IMG/VR virus record: IMGVR_UViG_3300042691_019384
Coordinates: 1-44,651 of that record
DNA: 44,651 nt
Origin: a virus
Taxonomy: Duplodnaviria; Heunggongvirae; Uroviricota; Caudoviricetes
Reading direction: 5' to 3' (one strand)
Part shown: one piece after another, positions 19,869 to 29,490 of the stretch
How positions within the stretch are numbered: the first letter of the stretch is position 1
Layout: each line of letters begins with the position of its first letter
Made by a program: the position numbers and the translations under genes
Notes under the pieces: generated by a model
Databases searched by the model: none
Seen by the model: only the letters and a program-made list of their open reading frames with translations
What the model was told of the DNA's origin: nothing

Positions 19869-20786
19869 ATGAGTAAAACAAGTGAAAACAGCTTAGAAGC
19901 AATTCTGGCACAGTACGAAAAAAACAGTAAACCACTGTACGAAAAGAAAAGTGAGAAAGTTTATGACTTAAAAAACTATTTCTCTACTTACATTAAAGAA
20001 GGTGTTAAGTCAGCAACAAAAACTATTAGGGTTTTACCATCTGAAAATGGTTCACCATTTACTGAAGTTTGGGGTCATAAAATCCAAGTTAATGGAGAAT
20101 GGAAAACATTTGCTTGCTTAAAACACGAAAGAGAAGAACCTTGCCCTTTTTGTGAAGCACGTGAAGCCTTATTAGAAACAGGTACAGAAACAGACAAAGA
20201 ACTTTCTAAAAACTATAAAGCAAGACTTATGTATGTTGTTAAAGTTATCGATAGAGATAACGAACAAGATGGTGTTAAGTTCTGGAGATTTAATCATGAT
20301 TATAGAAAAGAAGGTATCTATGATAAAATCATTGGTGCTATGAATGCACTTAAAAAGAATAAAGATATTACAGACGTTGAAAATGGTAGAGACCTTGTGG
20401 TAACTATTAATAGAAACCAAAATAACGCTATCGTTGTATCCGCAATTGCAGCTGGCGACCCATCACCATTGAGCGAAGATTCAGCAGAAGCTGAACTTTG
20501 GTTGTCAGATACCAGAACATGGGAAGATGTGTATGCTGTTAAGAATTATGATTATCTTGAAATCATTGTAAAAGGTGGTACACCAGCTTGGGATTCTAAC
20601 CAAAACAAATATGTTGATAAAGATTCGTTGACTTCCACTGAAGAAGAATCAGTTGAATTAAATGGAGAAATCAATACAAGTTTGGAAACAGTTAAATCTA
20701 ACATGTTGGCAAGTAAATCAAAACCATCAACAAAAATTGAAGAACCTTCTGAAGAAGAAGATGAAGATGATGACCTTCCATTTTAA
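19869..20786 (+). CDS. Single-stranded DNA-binding protein (T4 gp32-like)
   Basis: Zn-type CLKH..EPCPFCEA motif, LMYVVKVIDR..GVKFWRF, GRDLVVT and an acidic C-terminal tail ending DDDLPF. Confidence 0.8.
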   Translation: MSKTSENSLEAILAQYEKNSKPLYEKKSEKVYDLKNYFSTYIKEGVKSATKTIRVLPSENGSPFTEVWGHKIQVNGEWKTFACLKHEREEPCPFCEAREALLETGTETDKELSKNYKARLMYVVKVIDRDNEQDGVKFWRFNHDYRKEGIYDKIIGAMNALKKNKDITDVENGRDLVVTINRNQNNAIVVSAIAAGDPSPLSEDSAEAELWLSDTRTWEDVYAVKNYDYLEIIVKGGTPAWDSNQNKYVDKDSLTSTEEESVELNGEINTSLETVKSNMLASKSKPSTKIEEPSEEEDEDDDLPF

Positions 20787-20808
20787 TATAAAAAATGTTT
20801 AACAAAAT

Positions 20809-20838
20809 AAAAAGGGGTAGTTAAAACTATCCCTTTTT
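20809..20838 (+). terminator. Rho-independent terminator
   Basis: aaaaaggggtagtt/aa/aactatcccttttt hairpin with one G-U pair. Confidence 0.8.
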
Positions 20839-20878
20839 ATTAAAAAAATAAATAAAGTAAATAAATAAAAATAGATAT

Positions 20879-21973
20879 ATGGCAAAAAAACCACAAAAAG
20901 AAATTGAAAAAAAAGAATTTGATTTAGAAGCATTTAAAAAACAAATGGGTCTTGATTTTAATGTAAAAGAAAAAGAATTAGCATGGATTCCAATGTCTGA
21001 AGCATTTCATGAAGCTGTTAAAGTTCCAGGTATCCCTATTGGGTATTTCACATCATTTAGAGGATATTCAAACACTGGTAAATCAACAGCTATAATTGAA
21101 ACGATAGTTGGCTGTCAAAAATTAGGTATTTTACCGATTATATATGATACAGAAACTAATTTTAATTGGGAACACGCTAGAAATATTGGTATTGATTATA
21201 GTATTGTTTATGATGAAGAAACAAATAAAGAAAAATATGTTGGTGATTTTATTTACATTTCTGGTTATGATTTAGTAACTATGTACGCAAATTACGACCA
21301 CCAACATAGTAAAATGGGTACAAAACCATTAAGAGATGAACCAGTTGTTGAAGATATTGCTTTACATATGCATTCTATATTGGATGCACAAAAAAATGGT
21401 AGCTTACAAAAAAATGTTTGTTTCTTATGGGATTCTGTTGGTAGCGTTAATTGTTTTAAATCTGCAACATCAAAAACAAGCAATAATCAGTGGACAGCAG
21501 GTGCGTTAGCTAATTCTTTTAAAAGTTTAATTAACTATAGAATACCATCAACAAGACGTGAAACTTCAGAGTATACTGCTACATTTGCTGTAGTTCAACA
21601 AATATGGTTAGATAATGAAAATAAAGTCATTAAACATAAAGGCGGTGAAGCGTTTTTCTATTCCCCAAGATTAATTTTCCATTTTGGCGGTATTTTAACA
21701 CATTCAACAGAAAAATTAAAAGCAACACTAAATGGTGAAGAATATCAGTTTGGTGTTGAAACTAAAATTAGATGTGAAAAAAACCAAGTTAACGGTATTG
21801 AGCAAAAAGGTAGATTAGCATCAACACCACATGGTTATTGGAACCCAGATAGATTAAACGAATATAAAGAAATTCATAAAGAGTATATTAAAACCCGTTT
21901 AAATACTGAATATGATGACTTTATCATCGAAAAAGAAGAAAGTAATTTAAGCGATAACGATTTCAAAGCGTAA
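20879..21973 (+). CDS. uvsX: RecA/UvsX-like recombinase
   Basis: Walker A GYSNTGKST, YDTE, Walker B FLWDSVGS, VVQQIW and GGEAFFYSPRL. Confidence 0.8.
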   Translation: MAKKPQKEIEKKEFDLEAFKKQMGLDFNVKEKELAWIPMSEAFHEAVKVPGIPIGYFTSFRGYSNTGKSTAIIETIVGCQKLGILPIIYDTETNFNWEHARNIGIDYSIVYDEETNKEKYVGDFIYISGYDLVTMYANYDHQHSKMGTKPLRDEPVVEDIALHMHSILDAQKNGSLQKNVCFLWDSVGSVNCFKSATSKTSNNQWTAGALANSFKSLINYRIPSTRRETSEYTATFAVVQQIWLDNENKVIKHKGGEAFFYSPRLIFHFGGILTHSTEKLKATLNGEEYQFGVETKIRCEKNQVNGIEQKGRLASTPHGYWNPDRLNEYKEIHKEYIKTRLNTEYDDFIIEKEESNLSDNDFKA

Positions 21974-21975
21974 TT

Positions 21976-23028
21976 GTGAATAGAAGACCACCAAAAAACG
22001 GAGAAAATAAAATAAAAAAAACAAATACATTACTTATAGATGGTAATGCTTTATTTAAATTCTCATATCTTGGTGCTAAGAATGAGTATAACACAAACGG
22101 TGAACACATCGGTGGGTTATACTCATTTTTAGTTATTATGAGAAAATTATTGAATGAAGATTTATACCATAAAGTATTTGTTTTTTGGGACGGTAAACTT
22201 AGCGGTAAGTTAAGATATGAAATATATAAACCATACAAAAGTTCTAGAGGTAAAGACTATGAAAATGGTACACACCCAATAGACTTAGCTGAACTAGAAC
22301 AAAGAAAAAAGATATGGGATTATCTAAATGCATTAAACGTTAGACAATTAACAGATGAAATCGTAGAAAGTGATGATTTTATAGGTTATTATTGTCTAAA
22401 CAAAAAAGAAAATGAAACTATCACCATAGCATCAACAGACAGAGATTTTTTACAGCTGATTTCCAATGATATAAAAATTTATTTTCTTGATTTAAGACAA
22501 TATGTTGAAATTAGTAATTATTCTTCGTATTTTTGTTATATACAAGAAAACGCAATGTTATTGAAAACAATACTTGGAGATAATAGTGATACGATAAAAG
22601 GTATTAAAGGATTGCGTGAAAAAACATTATTAAAATTAATCCCTGAGTTGAATGAAAGAAAATTAACTATTGATGAAGTAATTGAATTGGCTAACGCTAG
22701 ACAAAACCAACGTTTATCTGAAAAGAAAAAACCACTTAAAGTATTAAATAATATAATAAATAAAGTTACTGATGGGGTTCAAAAAGAAAACATTTACGAG
22801 ATAAATGAAAGATTGGTTAATTTAAAAAAACCTATGATTACTGAAAAAGCCATGGATGAATTAAATGAACTAATAAACGGTAACTTTGATTATACTGATT
22901 TTTCACTTAAAACAATATTGGGTTTGATGAAAAGAGATGGATTAGATAAAGCAATGGGTGCATCAAGATATGACGATTTTCTAATACCATTTAAAAAATT
23001 AGCGAATCGTGATTGTAATATGAATTAA
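21976..23028 (+). CDS. 5'-3' exonuclease / flap endonuclease (T4 RNase H-like)
   Basis: GTG start; LLIDGNAL, VFWDG..R.EIY..YK..R, ESDD, STDRDFLQL and GDNSDTIKGIKG (H3TH) motifs. Confidence 0.9.
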   Translation: MNRRPPKNGENKIKKTNTLLIDGNALFKFSYLGAKNEYNTNGEHIGGLYSFLVIMRKLLNEDLYHKVFVFWDGKLSGKLRYEIYKPYKSSRGKDYENGTHPIDLAELEQRKKIWDYLNALNVRQLTDEIVESDDFIGYYCLNKKENETITIASTDRDFLQLISNDIKIYFLDLRQYVEISNYSSYFCYIQENAMLLKTILGDNSDTIKGIKGLREKTLLKLIPELNERKLTIDEVIELANARQNQRLSEKKKPLKVLNNIINKVTDGVQKENIYEINERLVNLKKPMITEKAMDELNELINGNFDYTDFSLKTILGLMKRDGLDKAMGASRYDDFLIPFKKLANRDCNMN

Positions 23029-23047
23029 ATTTAAATAAATAAATAAA

Positions 23048-23539
23048 ATGAAAAAAGAAGAAGCAAAAAAAATTGAACAAGAAAGATTTGAGTTCGTACT
23101 CTACATCAATGACAACATTATTTGTCAACGTTATTTTCCAATAAATAACTTTAATCCTAATTCAGTAAAGTCTTATGAGATTAAAGAATTAATGGATAAT
23201 ATTTGTGGTATGAATAATGGTCAATATGGGAGTATGGGTATTATCCCAACATATCTTAAGAATAAAACAATCGAATTTATGTTGGCCAACTCTCATTATT
23301 TTATGAATCAATCTGAACAGGCTGTTAAACAACCTTCAGATAAAGAAGATAATTTCAGTTTTGAAATTAAAATAGATAGAAAAACAGTTGCTAAATCTAT
23401 TTTTTCTGGAACATCATTCCACCAAAAATTTAGATACGCTGTTGATATTAAAGAAATCATCCCAGATATTATCTCTGAGATTAGAAGTAAACTAAGCAAA
23501 AAAAACTATACCAAGACGTATCTTAATATTAGCATTTAA
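23048..23539 (+). CDS. Hypothetical protein
   Basis: 163-aa ORF between the exonuclease and helicase genes; no family recognised. Confidence 0.7.
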   Translation: MKKEEAKKIEQERFEFVLYINDNIICQRYFPINNFNPNSVKSYEIKELMDNICGMNNGQYGSMGIIPTYLKNKTIEFMLANSHYFMNQSEQAVKQPSDKEDNFSFEIKIDRKTVAKSIFSGTSFHQKFRYAVDIKEIIPDIISEIRSKLSKKNYTKTYLNISI

Positions 23540-23566
23540 TATTTATAACAAATAATTTAAATATAA

Positions 23567-24976
23567 ATGAATGATAGTATAAATAAAGAAGCAACTTTAG
23601 ATTACTTAGGTGTTAAATATGAAGAGAAACTTATTAATCAAATAATCGTAGACCAAAAGTTTGGTAATAACATTATAGATATTGTTAACCCAAATTATTT
23701 TAGTAACGATGAAAGTAAATTAATAATCTCTTTAATAAAACAAAGTAAAAAAGATTATAATGTTGTACCAGATTTTGATAGCTTATTAATAAGAGCAGCT
23801 GAATTAGATTTAAAAGAATTAAAGAAAAATTATCTAATTAAAACCATAGCCAAAATTAAAGAATTGGTTGTGCATGATGCGCTTTATATTCAAGATGTTT
23901 CTAAAAAGTTTTTTAAACAACAAGAAATTAATAAAGCCGTACAGCAAATACAAAAGATAATCTCAAAACATCAACATGAAAAGTATGATGAGTGTCTAGA
24001 AATTCTTAAAACAGCTATAAGTTATGGTAATACAGAAAATGATGGTGTAGATATTCTACATAATATAACAGAAGCTTTATCAGATGACTTCAGAAAGCCA
24101 ATTAGAACAGGTATAACGAAGCTTGATGAGATAATGAATGGTGGACTATCAAAAGGTGAATTGGGGCTTATATTGGCCCCATTTGGGGTCGGAAAAACAA
24201 CTCTAATCACCAAAATGGCTAACACAGCATATAATGATGGTTATAAGGTATTACAAATATTTTTTGAAGATAAAACAAAAATAATTCAGAGAAAACATTT
24301 GGCATGTTGGACTGGTATTGAATTAAATGAACTACATAACCATAAAGAAGAAGTCTTCAATAAAACTGAAGAAATGAAAAAAAATGGTGGTAGATTGGTT
24401 TTGTTAAAACTTCCTAGCGATGGTATAACAATGCCAATGATTAGAAAACACATTGAAAAGAAAATATCAGAAGGTTTTAGACCAGATATCGTATTATTAG
24501 ACTATATAGACTGCGTTAGCCCTTCAAAGGAATATACAGATGTCTTTACAAGTGAAGGTGCTGTAATGAGACAATTTGAGACGATATTATCTGATTTTGA
24601 TATGGCAGGTTGGACAGCTGTTCAAGGGAATAGACAAAGCTTAAATTCAGAGATTGTTGAAGCAGATAAAATGGGTGGGTCAATCAAAAAAGGTCAAGTA
24701 GCTCACTTTATAATGTCTGTAGGTAAATCATTACCACAAAGAGAAACACATAAAGCAACAATAACAATCCTTAAATCAAGATTTGGTAAAGATGGAATGG
24801 TATTTGAAGATGTTGAATTCGATAACTCAAGAATAGCAGTATCTATGGATAATACTACTTTTGGTGTAACAAGAACAGAAATAAAAAATAATACACAAAA
24901 AGAGAACCAACAAAGAGTTGCCGAGATATTTAATAATAGAAAGAATTTATTAAACATAACAACAGAAGAAAATTAA
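23567..24976 (+). CDS. dnaB: Replicative DNA helicase (DnaB / T4 gp41-like)
   Basis: Walker A APFGVGKTT, Walker B LLDYID, WTAVQGNR and ILKSRFG (arginine finger). Confidence 0.9.
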   Translation: MNDSINKEATLDYLGVKYEEKLINQIIVDQKFGNNIIDIVNPNYFSNDESKLIISLIKQSKKDYNVVPDFDSLLIRAAELDLKELKKNYLIKTIAKIKELVVHDALYIQDVSKKFFKQQEINKAVQQIQKIISKHQHEKYDECLEILKTAISYGNTENDGVDILHNITEALSDDFRKPIRTGITKLDEIMNGGLSKGELGLILAPFGVGKTTLITKMANTAYNDGYKVLQIFFEDKTKIIQRKHLACWTGIELNELHNHKEEVFNKTEEMKKNGGRLVLLKLPSDGITMPMIRKHIEKKISEGFRPDIVLLDYIDCVSPSKEYTDVFTSEGAVMRQFETILSDFDMAGWTAVQGNRQSLNSEIVEADKMGGSIKKGQVAHFIMSVGKSLPQRETHKATITILKSRFGKDGMVFEDVEFDNSRIAVSMDNTTFGVTRTEIKNNTQKENQQRVAEIFNNRKNLLNITTEEN

Positions 24977-24982
24977 AAACAT

Positions 24983-25936
24983 ATGTACCTGAAAGATTCA
25001 ACAATTAAAAAAAGATATTCCATTTTCCCAATCATACACAATGATTTATGGCAAATGTATAAAAAAGCAGAATCCCAAACATGGGTTGCTGAAGAAACTG
25101 ATTTGAGTAAAGATAAATTCGATGAACTAAAAGATAATGAAAAAACATATCTTAAAAACATCTTAGCTTTCTTTGCTGTATCTGATGGTCTCGTTATTGA
25201 TAACTTAGCAACAAACTTTTTAAATGAAGTTGAATTGTTAGAGGCACAATATTTTTATGGACACCAAACATTTATTGAACAAGTTCATGCAAATGGTTAT
25301 TCATTATTAATCGATACCTACATAAAAAATCTACAAGAAAAAGAAGATTTATTTAATGCGATGGAAACAAACAAAGCTGTATTTAAAAAAGCTGAATGGG
25401 CTGAAAAATGGATACAACACCCATCATTTCCACATAGATTATTAGCTTTTGCTTGTGTTGAAGGTATTTCATTTGCTAGTGTGTTCTCTGGTGTGTTCTG
25501 GTTTAGAAGTAGAAATAAAATGCAAGGTTTAGCAGCTATGAATGAACTTATATTAAGAGATGAAACATTTCATTACGAGTTCGCATTAAACTTATATAAA
25601 AACTATCTAAAAGAAGAATATAAGCTAAATAAAACAGAAATTAGAAATATAATTCTTGGTTGCTATGATGTAGAAAAAACATTTGTTGAAGAAAGTATGC
25701 CAGATGGTCTTCAAGGTCTGACAAAAAATGATATGTTAAAATATATACAATATGTTACAGATATCGTTTTAAATGACTTTGGTTGCGAAAGAGAATTTAT
25801 GGTCTCAAATCCACTTGATTTTATGTCAAGAATAGGTCTATCAACAAAAAATAATTTCTTTGAAAAAAGAGAAGGTGAATACACAAGAATTGAAATACCA
25901 AAAACAATGGATGGTATTTTTGATGAAGAATTCTAA
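24983..25936 (+). CDS. nrdB: Ribonucleotide reductase class Ia beta subunit
   Basis: W..EE.DLSKD, FFAVSDG, EQVHANGY (ExxH plus radical Tyr), EGISF and RDETFH motifs. Confidence 0.95.
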   Translation: MYLKDSTIKKRYSIFPIIHNDLWQMYKKAESQTWVAEETDLSKDKFDELKDNEKTYLKNILAFFAVSDGLVIDNLATNFLNEVELLEAQYFYGHQTFIEQVHANGYSLLIDTYIKNLQEKEDLFNAMETNKAVFKKAEWAEKWIQHPSFPHRLLAFACVEGISFASVFSGVFWFRSRNKMQGLAAMNELILRDETFHYEFALNLYKNYLKEEYKLNKTEIRNIILGCYDVEKTFVEESMPDGLQGLTKNDMLKYIQYVTDIVLNDFGCEREFMVSNPLDFMSRIGLSTKNNFFEKREGEYTRIEIPKTMDGIFDEEF

Positions 25937-25942
25937 AAATAT

Positions 25943-25968
25943 AAACCCACTTTAAAGTGGGTTTTTTT
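25943..25968 (+). terminator. Rho-independent terminator
   Basis: Perfect palindrome aaacccactttaaagtgggttt plus T-run after nrdB. Confidence 0.85.
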
Positions 25969-25978
25969 ATTGTTAATA

Positions 25979-25986
25979 TATTTATA
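25979..25986 (+). promoter_or_regulatory. Putative late promoter (TATTTATA)
   Basis: Motif 16 nt upstream of ATG 26003, right after a terminator. Confidence 0.55.
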
Positions 25987-26002
25987 TAAAAATTAATATA
26001 TT

Positions 26003-26842
26003 ATGAGCAAAGAAATGAGAATGTTTATGAATAAGTTTAAGAACTTATTAGAAGAACAACAAAATCACACTAAAATTGAGTTTAATAAAGAATTCTTAAT
26101 AGAACATAAATTAACAAAAAATTTTATTGAAAATAAAATAAGTGAAAAAGAATATATTAAAGAATTAAATTTAACAATTAATGAAAATATATTTTCAAAT
26201 ATATCTGAAAAAATAAACCAAAAGATAATAGAAGTGTTAAACACTTTTTTGTTAAACGCATCTAAAATAGGATTAAAAATATTAGAAAAATTAAAAACTT
26301 TTATTAATTGGGTATCAAAAACAGTTCTATCTTTTAGAGAAAAATACCCTGTAGTATTTAAACTTATTAACTTAACTATATTAGTTATGGTTTTTTTAAT
26401 TATTTCAGCTTCATTAGCATACGCTAGTACAACTAATCAACCAATAAGTGAAATGCATATAAATATTGCCATAGGTTTTATAATGGATATGAAAGAAAGA
26501 GGGTCAGAACATTTAAGAGATACTAACATGGTAACTAAAGCAATAATATATTTAATAAGATTAAGAGAGTCACATGGTGTTGTTAACCCAGAAGACATTA
26601 AAACATTTGGTGAGGCTAGTATAAACTTAGCTAATGGTGGGTTAAGAGCAGCTGAAGAAATTATTAAAGAAACTAATGACACACAGTCTAATACATTATA
26701 TAAATATTGTACAAATTTAATTAAAGAAGGTTCAGAATATGTTAAATATACCTATCAAACTATTTCTAACTATGATGATAGCGGCAATCTTATTGGAACA
26801 TCAGAAAAAATTAATTTATATAAAATGAGTAAAGAAAAGTAA
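26003..26842 (+). CDS. Hypothetical protein with one predicted transmembrane helix
   Basis: Hydrophobic stretch LINLTILVMVFLIISASLAYA; N-terminal LLEE/LIE/INE sites. Confidence 0.65.
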   Translation: MSKEMRMFMNKFKNLLEEQQNHTKIEFNKEFLIEHKLTKNFIENKISEKEYIKELNLTINENIFSNISEKINQKIIEVLNTFLLNASKIGLKILEKLKTFINWVSKTVLSFREKYPVVFKLINLTILVMVFLIISASLAYASTTNQPISEMHINIAIGFIMDMKERGSEHLRDTNMVTKAIIYLIRLRESHGVVNPEDIKTFGEASINLANGGLRAAEEIIKETNDTQSNTLYKYCTNLIKEGSEYVKYTYQTISNYDDSGNLIGTSEKINLYKMSKEK

Positions 26843-26843
26843 C

Positions 26844-27419
26844 GTGAAAAATTTAATTAAAAAAATATTAAGAGAAAATTTAAATGAATATAATGAATAT
26901 GATTCATTTTTATCTAACTACGAAACAGCGACAAAATACGCTTATGAAAATATAGAAGACGTTGCTGAATCTTTTGATGCGTATGAAGAAGATAAAAATG
27001 ATATACAAGCAGAATACTCTAGAGATAATTATATAGAAAGAATAGAACTATATGTTGATAAATATAATGAATTAAAAAACAGTAATAAAATAACAATTTA
27101 TAGATTAATTAAATTAAATTCTATAAAAGATTTAGATATAAAAGATATAGGTAAGCATTGGTCATTTGATGAAAATGGCGTTGGGGCATACGGAGAGCGA
27201 CACCCAAATATAAAAATGATGAAAACGGGTGAACCTTATATATTAGAAGCTATTATTAACCCAAAAGATATAGATTGGATTTATGGGTTTCATTCATTTA
27301 TTTGGTATGGTGAAGACCAATGGGAATGTGCGCTAAATAAAGGTACTAATGTGAAAATAATTAAAATAAATGGTGAAGAATTAAAAAAACCAATTAACGC
27401 TATTGTCGGAGACCATTAA
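26844..27419 (+). CDS. Leader-bearing putative ADP-ribosyltransferase-fold protein (R-S-E class)
   Basis: GTG start, MKNLIKKILRE leader; IYR (R87), GKHWS (S107) and QWE (E161) fit the R-S-E ART pattern. Confidence 0.5.
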   Translation: MKNLIKKILRENLNEYNEYDSFLSNYETATKYAYENIEDVAESFDAYEEDKNDIQAEYSRDNYIERIELYVDKYNELKNSNKITIYRLIKLNSIKDLDIKDIGKHWSFDENGVGAYGERHPNIKMMKTGEPYILEAIINPKDIDWIYGFHSFIWYGEDQWECALNKGTNVKIIKINGEELKKPINAIVGDH

Positions 27420-27423
27420 TAAC

Positions 27424-27933
27424 ATGAAAAAATTAATTAAAAAATTACTAAGAGAAAACTTAGAATCAAACAATAATATTAAAGATATATTAATTAAAAG
27501 AATCCCTTTTCTTAAAGAATATAATATATTTAAACACCCTAGAGACGAAAAAAGATTAGAAGCACAAAGAGTAGTTTATAATGAAAACGTAACAATGATG
27601 ATGGGTGATGAAATAATAAAATTCCCACAGTTAAACATCTCATCTGAAATCATTTATTACCCACATAAAATAAATGATAATACGTTTCATAAATTTATTA
27701 TAAAAAATCAATTTCATACAATGCAACCAAAAGAAATGGATGATTTAACATTTAGAGTTTTTATTATTGCGATGAAAGGTTTAAATGAAACCCTATCTTA
27801 TAATAAAGAAATAATGGTAAAAAATAATGAAGAAATACCAAAAAACGAATTAGATAGAATAATAAATGATATGAACAGAACCCTATTTAAAATAGAAGAA
27901 TTCACCCAAAAATATTATATTGATTTATTTTAA
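27424..27933 (+). CDS. Leader-bearing hypothetical protein
   Basis: ATG 27424 gives MKKLIKKLLRENLE, matching neighbouring genes; preferred over the track start at 27403. Confidence 0.65.
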   Translation: MKKLIKKLLRENLESNNNIKDILIKRIPFLKEYNIFKHPRDEKRLEAQRVVYNENVTMMMGDEIIKFPQLNISSEIIYYPHKINDNTFHKFIIKNQFHTMQPKEMDDLTFRVFIIAMKGLNETLSYNKEIMVKNNEEIPKNELDRIINDMNRTLFKIEEFTQKYYIDLF

Positions 27934-27948
27934 TAAAAAAAAAGATAA

Positions 27949-28842
27949 ATGAAACAACTAATAAGAAAACTATTAAGGGAAATTACCAATAATAATGAAC
28001 AGATTTATCTTTATCATGGGACTAGTAAAGGTGCTGCAAACAATATAAAAAAAGATGGTTATATTAAAACAAATAATGTTGGTGAAATAAAACCTTCAAT
28101 TAGCTTCACAAACGATATTGATTATGCAAAATATTATGCCATGTCTAAAGGTGGTAAAGATAGAATGGTAATATTAAGAACAATTTTAACTGATGATTTT
28201 GAATTGTCTAACAGAATAAAAAATAATAAAGGTGATGAATATATAACATTTGAAAATATCCCAGTAAATAAATTAGAAATAAAAACAAAATATGGGTGGA
28301 TACCTCTAACCAAATGGGATGTTATTTTTGACGAACTAATAACTGAAAACACATTATATAATGATGTTTTTAAATTTAAAAATGATTTATACATTAATGA
28401 TTTAAAAAAAGAATTATCAAAATATGAAACATCAGAACAATTACTTAGAAGTGGTGGTTTATCAATAGAACTATTAGATAGATTAGCACATGGTTTTTCT
28501 GAAGAAGATATTAAAACCTTAAAACCAAAAGAATTAAAATTAAAATGGTTAGCCGATTTGGAAAATGTTGTATATGAAATAGAAAAAAGCGGTTTATCAC
28601 CAAAAGAATGGGCTAAAAAAATAAACTTATCAGAACCAATTGATGTCTCATTTTTAAAAATTAAAAATAAAAAACCAGGGTTTTATATAGAAGATGGTCA
28701 TCATAGATATATGGCAGCAAAAATATTAAATAAAGAACTACCAATAAATTTAGAAATAAAAATTAACCCTATTGTAACAATATCACCAGATTTAACCTAC
28801 GATGAGTTCCATAGAAAAATTTTTGACACGTTTAGTAATTAA
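27949..28842 (+). CDS. Leader-bearing ART-fold domain fused to a ParB/Srx-like domain
   Basis: MKQLIRKLLRE leader; YLYHGTS (H23), SFT..A..YA and DEY (E97); LITE linker (130-133); C-terminal PIDV..FYIEDGHHRYMAAKIL. Confidence 0.65.
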   Translation: MKQLIRKLLREITNNNEQIYLYHGTSKGAANNIKKDGYIKTNNVGEIKPSISFTNDIDYAKYYAMSKGGKDRMVILRTILTDDFELSNRIKNNKGDEYITFENIPVNKLEIKTKYGWIPLTKWDVIFDELITENTLYNDVFKFKNDLYINDLKKELSKYETSEQLLRSGGLSIELLDRLAHGFSEEDIKTLKPKELKLKWLADLENVVYEIEKSGLSPKEWAKKINLSEPIDVSFLKIKNKKPGFYIEDGHHRYMAAKILNKELPINLEIKINPIVTISPDLTYDEFHRKIFDTFSN

Positions 28843-28915
28843 TTACCCATTTAACAGTACCACAATCATATATCTTATTTATACCTCTAGATAACATAAT
28901 TTCTGATTCTGACAT
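28832..28915 (-). pseudogene. C-terminal remnant of a phage homing endonuclease
   Basis: Hand-translated minus-strand peptide MSESEIMLSRGINKIYDCGTVKWVINY*, resembling the E.EIM..G..RIYDCG..KW terminus of Hef/Vsr-like phage endonucleases. Not in the ORF track. Confidence 0.5.
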
Positions 28916-28937
28916 ACACTTAATTATATTAAAATAA

Positions 28938-28965
28938 AAAAACTCTTTCGTTTGAAAGAGTTTTT
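28938..28965. terminator. Bidirectional terminator
   Basis: aaaaactctttc/gttt/gaaagagttttt, lying between convergent genes. Confidence 0.85.
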
Positions 28966-29001
28966 ATTAAAAAAATACGTAAGTAGTTGATAATCAAAAA
29001 A

Positions 29002-29490
29002 TCAAAAAAGGAGTATTGCTCTATCAAATCTTAAAGTTGCTGTAATTTCAGCAATACCATCATCTTCAAAAGAAAGGTCACCAAAATTAACGTTAGTTAA
29101 CATAGTACCATCAAGTAACCATTTTTCAACCACAACACCAGTAGGGTCAAGCATTTCCAATTCTACAGGTCTTTTATAACCAACTGCATAACCTTGTCTA
29201 CCAGTAATTGATTCTGAGTGTAAACGAACCCATTCCATAATAGCTTGAGAAGCTGAAGGTCCGATAGGGTCACGGAAAGTAACATCAATAGCTTCCCAAT
29301 TAAAACGACCCACAACCCAAGTTGAGGTATTTAAAAATGCTATTTCAGTTTCATTTTGTGTTATTGATGGTCTTGAAGCTGAAGACAACCACCATTGTTG
29401 AATACCTAAATCTGCTGGAAAAGTAATAAGCCACCTATTTTTTCTTTTAGGTTCATAAGGTAGTGGCATTTTCATGAGTAAATCGGCCAT
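29002..29490 (-). CDS. Tail tube protein (T4 gp19-like)
   Basis: YEPKRKNRW, SASRPSIT, GRFNWEAIDVTFRDPI, MEW..H..TGRQGY..YKR and EMLDPTG.VVEKW motifs. Confidence 0.85.
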   Translation of the reverse strand: MADLLMKMPLPYEPKRKNRWLITFPADLGIQQWWLSSASRPSITQNETEIAFLNTSTWVVGRFNWEAIDVTFRDPIGPSASQAIMEWVRLHSESITGRQGYAVGYKRPVELEMLDPTGVVVEKWLLDGTMLTNVNFGDLSFEDDGIAEITATLRFDRAILLF

